NCBI GenBank assembly: GCA_020137815.1
Contig: CM035361.1
Span: 124,001 to 188,000, forward strand
Length of the DNA: 64,000 nucleotides
Origin: Hormiphora californensis
Lineage: Eukaryota; Animalia; Ctenophora
Direction of reading: 5' to 3'
Positions 12,705-23,651 of the stretch are shown in pieces. A program made the translations under genes and the position numbers. The stretch's first letter is position 1; each line of letters starts with the position of its first letter. The notes beneath the pieces are model-generated. The model was not told the origin of the DNA. It saw nothing but the letters and a program-made list of their open reading frames with translations, and did not search any database.

Positions 12705-15700
12705 ATGACAGATGAAGTCCCTGCTGATGGGGAAGAGAAGGATCTAGGATCCCTGGCCGTGTTTAACAATCAAATCGCCGGACATAGGGACGAAAAACCA
12801 ACCGAGACCCCTAGTATGTGAACTTTAGTTTTAGGGCCAGTCAAGATTGTCTTGATATGCTTATGACTGGCGTTAATAAATGTATCATTACTCTTATACT
12901 TCATTCGTAAAACTCAGAACTTATATGAGTAGTATATGCTGGTAATTCGCGGAAATAAAGCGAGAGTCAGGGCGATTAGAGTAATGTTAAGGAAGTGAGA
13001 GGTATGAGAGAGAGAGGCATGAGAGAGAAGTAGTGAGTTCAAGATCATTTCTCTAGAAATAGAACCATTGAACTGTGCATCGTTTGCCATCGTACTGAAG
13101 TCCCTCGCACACATCATCTGACACACGATGAAAGACGTAGCGCGCGACGACACAGGAGTTAGGGACTCCGCGCGAAATTCAGATCTTTTTTCCCACGACC
13201 CAGTGTGTGCCGCGCATAGTCTCCGATTGAGCTGACAAGGGCCAATGCAACTGATATCAAATATCTTGTTTGTGTATCTGCTAATGGAATTCCTTTTCAG
13301 GTTTCTTTACAAGTGGAGATGGTAAACTTTACAAAAACATATCATATGATGTCCGAGGAGAGAGGGAGTCCGCTTTTTACAAATCCGTTTTTAGTGAGGA
13401 AAATCTGGCCGGTTTCAGGAGATTTATGCCAACGTAAGATGGTTTGGCCGACACTAACATATGTTGATATCAACATTGTTGATAACAAAATGTGTTAGTA
13501 TCAACCATTGATTCAACAATCACAGCCTTCCGCAATCCGTATCTCGTAGTCGTATCGTCTATGAGTCCTCTACAATGGGAGGGCTCATTAGAGGTATTAG
13601 ATGACACGATAATATAACCGATCCCTTTCTCTATCTCCTCTCTATCTGATCAAATAAGGTCATCTGGGAATTAGTAAGCCGATTTTATGAGGGTGCGAGA
13701 TTAGAATCTATAAAATTAAAAGAGAGACAGCTGTCTGCTAGAAAAAGGAAAAATAGTACTACTATAAGAGAAGCATGCAACACAACAATCCTGTACAATT
13801 ATATCGCTACGAAGCGTTATAAAGGGACAGGATAGTTGTGTAGCATCTCTCTTTCTTTTAGCGAAGTTGCTCTCCCTCTCCTTTCTAACTCATCTCGGCT
13901 CTCCCTCTCAGCTCAAATTAATTTGTGTTTCAACTATATAGTTTCAAACTTTTCAACACTACTTTAAGCAAATTAATTTGAGCTGATGATGACGTTTCAC
14001 GTCGAAACCGTCCCGATTATCTTTTCCTGAAATAAAATCTCCGAGTCGTCTGCAGTCCTAAATAAACATTATTTCATTGTATCACTACTGAACATACTCT
14101 GCTCTGCTGGTTATGGGAAAGGGACCAAGCTTGATAATAATTTAATCTGTATCTCCCTCTCAGATTTTACAAGACAACTTTATATCGAGGTGTTAGCTAT
14201 CTCTGTCTAGCCGACGCTTGTCATGGAATGAAGGTAAGCTTTGTTGAGTAACTCAACAAGCTAGGATTATTTCAGATTTCTACCCTTGTTGTGGTATATA
14301 TCGAATTCATTCCTCCATTTATTATCCCCTCCGGAAAATTACAAACAATGAGAAGGTATGGCATACAGCATACTGTATTTAGCCGATGTAGTCACACAGA
14401 AATCACACATATGCTACTATTGTCCCGAAACTAACCCCTACCCCTCACAGTCACACAACATGTTACACGTCATGTAACACAACCTGTTGCTAGGTAGCGT
14501 GTGCTGCTGATATAAAAGTGGGCACAGTTGATATATACAGTCTGGATAGTGAAAAGAAGAAGGAGGTGCACCGGAAGAAAAATTTGGGCATCGCGCCGAC
14601 CCTTGGGTTCCGGTTTGCTGGTGCTAAAGTTTATAAACCTGCCTTGAAGACTACAACGACGTATGATAAGGTAGATGTTATGTTAGGTTTGTTTTGTTCA
14701 AACCGGGGCGCGGGGAGGGAGGGTCGAACAAGGCAATGTTAGGTATCATATTTATAGGAGCAGGGAGTTGGGGGGCAAGGGAGTTGGGGGGGCCAGGGAG
14801 TTACTGGGTAAGGAGTGGTTTGAGTAAAAAGGTTTTGGTGCTGTCTCGGTCTGGCAACTCTAGACCTCGTTTTGATTCTCAGATCGGGTCGCCAGACAGT
14901 TCTAGTGCCGAAATTCATATTTCATGGCTTACTTGACTTATTGAAATGAACATGTACCATGTCACCCTCCTCCCCATAACTAATAACTATTTTACTTCAG
15001 AAATGGGGCTTGTCGTTTACGCTAAAAGACGCTGCTAAAATGACGGAAAGTTACTTTGATAATGGTGAGACGATAAGGAAAGATGTCCTTCCCAATATTA
15101 TAAGGTACTTTGCTTGGGTACATCGTGTCCTGCAATTCTTCTCCAAATTTCCTAATTTACCGCCTTGGATAGCATGGTTCATTTGATGAGCCCCTGTTGT
15201 GCTAGGACTAAATCTGTCTAGTTTCGTCACCGTTTTGATTGACAGATCAGGACTACCTCACTAACAGTATTCACCTTGGTTTCAGTCAACTACAATCCCT
15301 TCGAGAGTACTACACCACCCAGACCTCCTTCTGGTTATGTAGAAGCAGTCTCCTGATGGTATATGACGGTGATACAATGGGTGTTTCCCTGATAAAGATG
15401 ATCGATTTCTCTCATTATGTACCCCAGGTTGGTAAAGTTTTGTTCAAACCCGGGGCGCGGGGAAGGAGGGTCGAACAAGGCATGGTTGGTTATAATTGGT
15501 ATGTTGCGGGAGGGCTGTTAGAGCATTGGCCAGACAGCTCCCCCACCGCAGTTGAAATTGCAACATTGTGCCCAGTTTGCTTCCAAATATTTAAAGCACT
15601 ATTAACCTTTTGGGTATTTGAAAGATTGGGGCACTGGCCCCCAGTTAGATAATGACCCTTTCTAATTCTCCAGGTTGACCCATCGGACAACACTCGTGTT

Positions 15701-15781
15701 GAGATAGGTCTGGACAACCTGGTAGACATCCTGACGCACATAAAAGATGGAACTACTGAACAATGGAAGATGAAGGAGTAG
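12705..15781 (+). CDS. IPMK: Inositol polyphosphate multikinase (IPK family), 7 exons
   Basis: Exons ~12705-12813, 13300-13433, 14164-14233, 14493-14670, 15001-15104, 15286-15427, 15674-15781. Motifs NQIAGH, RGERESAFY, DIKVG, SSLLMVYDG, MIDFSH and GLDNLVDIL. Confidence 0.88.
13940..13982 (+). other. Retroposed spliced-leader exon sequence, copy 1
   Basis: agtttcaaacttttcaacactactttaagcaaattaatttgag, one mismatch from 32540-32582. Matches the recalled ctenophore SL. Not followed by a GT donor. Confidence 0.8.
13983..14012 (+). ncRNA. Minimal hammerhead-ribozyme core (Penelope pLTR type), probably incomplete
   Basis: CUGAUGA-U-[GACG-UUUCA-CGUC]-GAAA-CCGUC. Stem I is not formed with the SL. 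aataaa motifs follow. Confidence 0.6.
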
Positions 15782-16771
15782 AAGATTTGGGAGATGATTT
15801 ACACTCTAATTCTGGATGTAAAGAATAAAGATATCTTTGGGACACTATTTTATAAAGGATTGGGTACTTTTTGGAACTTGGAAGGACTGTGAATTATCAT
15901 TGTTTAGCTTATCTACTTTTAGGTTCTCTGTATGGCGGCGCCATACCCCATTTGACAGTGCACTCAGATGGGTCGCGGCGCCAGACAGTAGGTTCTTAGA
16001 TACTTCAGAGAAGGTTTCACTTCCTATTTTAGATTTTTTACAGTTAAACTTGAAGAAACCTCATCAAACATATTTTATATCCCTCACCTTTCAGAGCATT
16101 CTCCAGACATACCCTCAGCAAGCCCCCTTTGCAATTAAAACTATTATATTGCTGACATTATGGTAATACGACTACAAGCGGCGCTGTTGAGTTGAGTGGA
16201 CAAACCACCCACTCGGAAGCTTGCATGGTGATTTTCCCTCGAATTTGGGAAAACAATTAGATGGTCCGCTTTGTATTCTCTCTGCAGTTAGAATAGTTTT
16301 AGAAACTTAACCAGATACAACCTTACGCCATATATCTCATTTTTGAATATTTTTTAGATTTTTGGGGAAAAATTATTATCTATTCAGCTGTCAGAAACAG
16401 ATGGTTATGTACTATACGTGCTACTAGAACATGTTTAAATGTGTGAAGGTCGGGGAGAGATATTTATCGAGAGTTGTATCGGATATTTCCTTCGACCTTC
16501 ACAGCTAGCAGGTTGATAATGTATATCTTGTAATTTTCATGTGTATTATATTTAGTTAATTTCCTCTGGATGGTATGCATACCATAAAGTAACTTGTCGT
16601 CTTGTAATAACGAAACGGGACCAACTTGTAAAAAGTACCCAAATTGTGAGGTGAAAAGTAAGAGGAGGGGTTGTGCCAAGAGACAAGAGTTCACTGTCTG
16701 GCGGTGCTAAGTTTTGATAATCAAACAGCGAGTGGCCGAGGGGTCTGGCACTGCCAAACAGTGTTCAAGGG

Positions 16772-16867
16772 TTGGTAACGAAGTTACCCTTCCTTGCCGG
16801 CGCGTGAACTTCACGCCGTGAAGCGACCTGATTCCAAGCAGAGTGTGAGGTAATGTCGTTACCTCAA
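16772..16867. mobile_element. 96-bp MITE with 9-bp TSD
   Basis: gttcaaggg|ttggtaacga ... tcgttacctcaa|gttcaaggg. A relative lies at 55187-55266. Confidence 0.8.
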
Positions 16868-17480
16868 GTTCAAGGGGGAATCTGATAAATTGAAAGGGAC
16901 AAATTAACGATTGTCCGGTTTAAGGTTTTTAAACTTTTTACAATTTATAAACAGAGAACATAACAGATCGCAATATATCTCTCTTTACATCGTCCTAGTC
17001 GAGGGGTGATAATTGCAATTACATGATCTATAATCATCGGACAAATGGGGTGAAAACTATCACCAAATCTTAGAACCTGGCCAAAATATCTCATCTATAA
17101 TAGCGAACATATATATCACAAATAACGTCATTAAAGAACAATGGTGGGAAATATTTCGAGAATGAAATTAGTTAACGTCGCTGTTCTCCTAATATATTTT
17201 GTATTAGTCAAAGGGAGTAATAACTAACTTTATCTAAAAAAGTAGACACCCTCTGGCTTACTTTTCTCTGGATTTTAAAACAAATTTTCTAAAACTCGAA
17301 AATGAGGTCTTGGTAGCTCTGTCCAGCACTAACAGCCACCTGTCACCAAAAATATAAAAAACGGCGGGAAAACGGGGGAAATAGTTAACTTGGGGTTCAA
17401 TACACCAGTTAGCAGGAAAAAACTCCACACTTTGATCTCTCAAAACATCACTCTTTCTTTAAACGAAAGTCCATACAATT

Positions 17481-20400
17481 TCATATCTTACTACACCTTG
17501 CACACCCCAAATACAGCGCTTTCGTTAACATGTTGACGTGACACGGCATCTGCTTCCTAAATCCCCCGTCCCCCGCCACAACCCTTCCCAGGGCAACTTC
17601 CTTGTTCACTCGGGTCATCATCGTATTGACATCCTCCGTGAGGGAGTACTCAGAGATGATGGAACAGAGATCGGAGATAAACCATGATCCTTGATTGATG
17701 TTCCGGAATGAGTAATAACCTGAGGAGGGGGTCATTTAGATGGAGAATTATATCTCATTCTAGAGGGCGGGGAAGCCGGAATAGAAGTGGGGGAGAATTG
17801 TATTTGGAGGGGAAGAGTACGATAGAACGGGACCGTTCTGAACAATAATAATAGAAGAAAAGATAAATCTACAGAGAAATTAATTTTCCTGTTTATAGAA
17901 GCAGGTCAAACTTTCACAGGGTTTTTGTCGTCACAGTGCAGATATAGTCGTGCTGTTGGTTGTGATTTTGGCCATATATGGTGCTGTATGCTATAATGCC
18001 CATATATGGTGCTAAATGCTATAATGCCCATATATGGTGCTGTGGCGATACTCACACTATTACAGGCTGGTGGATGACTTCAAACGGAGAGAGCCAGTCA
18101 GCATGTTAACATGGTAGGGCATCTGTTTCACGTACTCTCCACCGAAATTGTGATGATATCCTGTTAAAGAGAAATAATATTTAACTGGAGGGAGGGGGTC
18201 GTAATTTTAGTCTTAAAAGTCAAGGATGATTCAGAAATATGATAATCCGTAGATGATTCATAATAATGTTCCTCAAACCAACCTAGAGCGACCTTCCGGT
18301 TGACTCGCGTCATCATCGTATTAACATCCTCATACTTTTGAAAACTTGATAATCACCTCCAACAGGCACTGGATAAACCAACTACCGTCTTTTGTGTTAC
18401 GGAAAGCTAAAGTAACCTGCCGGAAAGTGGGTTAGGGGGAGCGATATGGGGACAGGGGTGGTTACTAACCACCGGTTAGGGGTTAGGTATTAGTTACCTT
18501 ACACTTCACTCCTAGTTAGCACTGGTAACCGGGGGGAATTAGGTGAGTGAAAAAGGAAGAGGTGGAAGTATGGCAGTGGGATACAATTCTTGAATGCTAA
18601 AATATGAGGTGCATCGTGGATATTAAAGGTGCTACATAAACATGAATCAATATTTTGTACGTTACGTTGTGTTTAGTTACCTAGGCAACGAACAGTCTGC
18701 ACTGTGACAACAAAACCAAATGAAATTAAGATAGAGAGGGAAAAAGAGAGAGAGAGAGAGATCCAAATCAATCTGAACAATTACAGCCCAACAATTATTT
18801 ATTTTTACACGCTATCCCAAGAGGGTCAGGGTGGCTGTTGACCAGCCCCTCAAATACCTGGTGCAGTGGCATATGAAATGTAAAAGTCGGCACAAGCAGG
18901 AATACTAATTGGTTTGCTGCTTTGCTGTTCAACATCATTATCATCACCCTTAGCATCGTGATCAATTAGCACCTTATTGGGAGAGGGATGGAGGAAATTA
19001 GCAGCTAATTGGGATGGAGGAAATAATATCTACATAAAACCGATATCTGGGTAAAGATAAAGTAAATCAGAACTTGTATTTGAGGGTCCGATATAACAAT
19101 ATACCTCCGTATTAAAGCTCTTTCCCCTGCACGCTTGAATAATAAACCATTTAGGGATTCCCCGTAGCGCCTTGCAACTATCTCCCTTGAACTGATTTAT
19201 AATATCGTCTATCTTTTTCTGAGGAATACAATAGGGGTTAGAAAGATTTGTTCTACAACATGTGTTGCAGGGCGAGGTGAGAGAGAGGAAGAGAAAGTGA
19301 ACTCTTGTTTTTCCGCTATATAATAAGGTCTCATGGTTATTGGTAAAGCATAATACGATAGTAAAATTGAAGACATTTTACTTTACCAGGCCCCGTGAAT
19401 AAATGTACACAATTGTATTCCGTAAGTGTGTGTGTGTACATAATTTATTATTTATGTACAAAACGATTCTGAAATATAAGGGGTCTGTGTGTGGGCGCGC
19501 GAGACACTCTCAAATCTCGTCTTCGCGCGTTCCAACAAATGCAGTAATAGTACACACTTCTAACTTCAGGAGATCTTGCTTCTGAGAGCAACTGACAACA
19601 TCTTGCATTTGATAGTTAAACTAGCAGATAGTTGGAGCAATTTGATGTTTCCGTATCGATTGGAAAACTTGGCAGAGGATCAAATTGTAAATTAAGAGAG
19701 CGGTGATCTAAACTTAACTCTGCCATTTTGGAATTTCAGTTTACATGTTTAGGTTTGTAATTTACTAGATAGAAGCACTATACTTTGGTCAACACGTGAC
19801 CTGTATGCCCTTATTTGGTCAGCACGTGACTATAACACTCACATCACGTCCATCAACACAGTTCAGTGCCTCATTCTCTCCGTGAGAGAGGAATACAGCC
19901 ACAAAGCAGTTATACTCGTCTAGCGCTGGGAAATCATTGACTATCATGTTCAGAACACTGCAGGGAGGAGGGGATGGGTTTAACACACACTGTATCCATG
20001 TTAAAGGTGGGTTTAGATTAATCTGTCGAACAGTTCGACTCGAACTCTCACATAAAATACGTTGTGAGCTACAACACAAGGTTTGGATAGTAATATTTTC
20101 AAGAGGATTACCTATCAAGATTTGTTTTGGTAAGGTTAGACTGAGGCTCGACATCAAACCCTAAACTCTTGAAAAGTTTCGCAGTTGCCTGAGCATCGAC
20201 TGTAGATCCTTTTCTGTCCTTCAAAGCTGATAAGAAGTGCTGATAAGAGAACACGTGACATGTATGCCCTTATTTGGTCAACACGTGACCTACATGCCCT
20301 TATTTGGTCAACACGTGACCTGTATGCCCTTATTTGGTCAACACGTGACCTGAACAGCCTTTGTATTCATACTCAATATTACTTACCGTGATTATTCCCT

Positions 20401-23316
20401 CTAGCAGAAGTATAATCCTCGTTATTGACAATCAAACAAAACCCTTTCTTTTTTCGAGCGTTCATAGAGTATGCAGGAAGTGCGTTAAAATCTGGCCTGA
20501 ATAGAGTTGATAGGAGTTATGGTAATAGTTTATTGATTTGGGGGCGACATGATCCCTGGATGACTGAGTCATCAAATCCTTCACAAAGGAGTTAATAGCA
20601 ATACTCGTGCTATTAAATACTAATTACCGTTTAATTGGCTCCTTCATTTCCTCTGCAGCAGAGGCCCCGTTACTGTCCCTGGATTTAGATTTAGTTGAGA
20701 ACATTCCATCGACATCCTGAGTCTCTTCATCTTCCGAGATCTCACCTGGGACGAAGCAATTAATTAATCTCTTATTAAGGTTTGAAATTTAATGGATTTT
20801 GAGAACACACGGGGCCGGGATTGCCATTTGCTCCCGGTCGGGCCCTGTGTAACTCACATTTTAGAAAATATCACCAACTAACCATCAACAGGAGAGATAG
20901 CAGAAGTAGCTCCATCAGCCTCCAGATATTTCACATTCAGAACAGGCAACCTATCAAATGCATCAATCTTGCTCTCGTTCCATACCTGCTCCCTGTAGGA
21001 AGAGATCTGTGTGTTACACTTGTTTTAAGGGTACACCTGGCGTTTTTCATCATCGAGTGCCCAACCAAATGACTTCACCAGGGTTTAGGCCATACAAAAT
21101 GGACCTCAAATATGCAATTTTAGCCCTAAAGTCGAATTCATATTTTTGCTACAGCCTATTTTCAAAGTGGCGTTTTTTCAATTTTTGTTGAAATTTTTAA
21201 CCTCAGGACCACTTTTTTTGAGATAGAAACATTAAATTCTTGGAATTTGAAGAGAATATAAAGGTGAATAAGCCCAAAGAAGGATTTTTGAAATGGAGCT
21301 TATTTCTGGCCATGAGAACGGTTTACTTTTTTGCTTCTTTGACACGCTGGCTGAGAATGTTCCCATGCTTCATTAGAGATGAAAATCTGGAAATAGTTGC
21401 TCAAAACGATTATCTATGTGGCCCAAAAATTTTGGAACTTTCCCGCCAAAGATGTGGTGTACAGAGCTTTTTTTGTGAAACCTGTCTTTTTGAAAAAGAG
21501 GGAAATTCCCTGTATCTCAAAAACGGATGATCGTAGAGACCTGGGACCGAGCTTAATCGATTCAGAAGGTTCGATTTTGGGGGGGGGGTCTTCTGAGAGA
21601 CATTTTGCTCCTACTCCAACCGATTTTGCTGTAATTGCGATCGATTAAGCTCGGTCCCAGGTCTCTACGATCATCCGTTTTTGAGATACAGGGAATTTCC
21701 CTCTTTTTCAAAAAGACAGGTTTCACAAAAAAAGCTCTGTACACCACATCTTTGGCGGGAAAGTTCCAAAATTTTTGGGCCACATAGATAATCGTTTTGA
21801 GCAACTATTTCCAGATTTTCATCTCTAATGAAGCATGGGAACATTCTCAGCCAGCGTGTCAAAGAAGCAAAAAAGTAAACCGTTCTCATGGCCAGAAATA
21901 AGCTCCATTTCAAAAATCCTTCTTTGGGCTTATTCACCTTTATATTCTCTTCAAATTCCAAGAATTTAATGTTTCTATCTCAAAAAAAGTGGTCCTGAGG
22001 TTAAAAATTTCAACAAAAATTGAAAAAACGCCACTTTGAAAATAGGCTGTAGCAAAAATATGAATTCGACTTTAGGGCTAAAATTGCATATTTGAGGTCC
22101 ATTTTGTATGGCCTAAACCCTGGTGAAGTCATTTGGTTGGGCACTCGATGATGAAAAAAGCCAGGTGTACCCTTAACCCTCCTTCACAGACGTGGAGAAA
22201 GAGGAGAGAGGGTCGAACAAAGCTGTGTGTTACACTTGGTATGTACATTGTACAGTCGAACCCCGAAATACGGGGATGCTCGGGGGAAAGGGATTTGTCC
22301 GGTAAATCAGAGTCAGGCTGTATGTAATCTAGTATGACGTAAGTTTAGAGATTTGTATACACACCAGGTGTGTATGTATGGAGATTGAGTAGTAGGTTTG
22401 CATTCAACCTAATTTTACACTATATGTACATTGTACCTATATTCTAATTGTAGGATTTCAACAGTTTGAAACAGTACAAGAAGAAAACTGCAGACAAGTT
22501 TAGTAGACTTACTAAGCTAGTACTGGACACGTGACCTGAATGCCCATATTTGGTCAACACTTGACTTGTATGCCCTTATTTGGTCAACACCTGACCTGAA
22601 TGCCCTTATTTGACTTACTCTGCTAGTACAGGAAACTGTTTATACAGTATTTCCCGAGCCTTTTTGAAGTTCACCCAACCCTTCTTTGGCAGACACTCGT
22701 GCAGTTTTTCCACCTGTAGAGGTTGGGTAAATTAACATACATAATACAGTGTAGCTCATGGTATCTAGATCAGTAGAGATTGGGGATTAGCAATATATCA
22801 GTGTAGCCCATTGTTTCTAGGAAACTGTTGGTGGATGGGGAACTGATTCAGGTATTTACCTTGTCCGAAACAACAGGAATTCCCTTGATGGCTTTCTGGT
22901 TAAAGGAAGATAACACCTTGGCTTCCTGAAATAAATAAATTGATTAATTAATTAATCAATCAAGGGAATTAGAGAGGGAATTAGAGAGGGAATTAGTTAA
23001 TCAATTACGAGAATTGGAGACATTTTAGTAGTTACTTAGTTACTGGTTATTCTAGTAGTTCTTTTTTATTTCAGAACCCGAATCTTTTCACTTAATCCAA
23101 CTACTGCACACAGGTTTGAGTCGGTGAAACAAGACAATTAATTATGATTAATTATAATTAACACTAAATTCTTACTGTGAGTGCATCGATTAGTTCAGTA
23201 AACTGCTCCTCTTCAAAGTTGAATTCCAACAACCGCTCTCGATTAACCTCTAGAATCTGTTTTGACCACCTCAATTGGTCTTCAACTCTTAGCTCGTCTA
23301 TCGGTTTATCTGTCAT
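17481..23316 (-). CDS. Caspase with N-terminal death-fold (CARD-like) prodomain and two alternative p10 3' cassettes
   Basis: About 10 shared exons from ATG 23316 to ~18858 encoding GFCLIVNN, RKGSTVDA, VFLSHG, PKWFIIQACRG and IPACADFYISYATAPG. Then cassette A (18416-18283 plus ~18160-18059) or cassette B (~17719-17481). Confidence 0.92.
21029..22172. mobile_element. Foldback DNA element with ~533-bp TIRs and TTAA TSD (Kolobok-like GG..CC ends)
   Basis: 21029-21561 is the near-perfect reverse complement of 21640-22172. TTAA on both sides. Lies in a caspase intron. Confidence 0.9.
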
Positions 23317-23651
23317 TGTGCTATAAGGTTATTGTTGATTGTAACTGTTGGAAATGTTGAGAATAAAACACGAGTACTTTAAAGCAAAACTAAAATCATC
23401 AACGAATAAAATGGTTTTTAATGAACAACAAAAAAGAAAACAGTTAACCAGATATGTATATTTTGAGCAAAAGCCTAGTGAAGCACCTTTTTCAACAACC
23501 TTTACCTTTTTCAACAACCTTACTCTTCTGAACTCAGATAATTTTGGGGAATTATCATATTTTGAAACCTTCCTTCAGACCAGATATATATATTTGGAAA
23601 ATTAAACCAACAAACAATAAGAAAATATACTACAACTCAACTGTCTTTATT

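Noticed and set aside
13940-13982. SL RNA gene (also 32540-32582)
   Set aside because: No GT donor after the leader, and the two downstream sequences are unrelated.
17481-17500. CaaX prenylation motif (CSKI) on caspase cassette B
   Set aside because: Lys at the a2 position makes it a poor match, and there is no other support.
21240-21961. Identical 96-aa ORFs on both strands (similar case at 38757-39763)
   Set aside because: Mirror images from long TIRs, with no recognisable domain.
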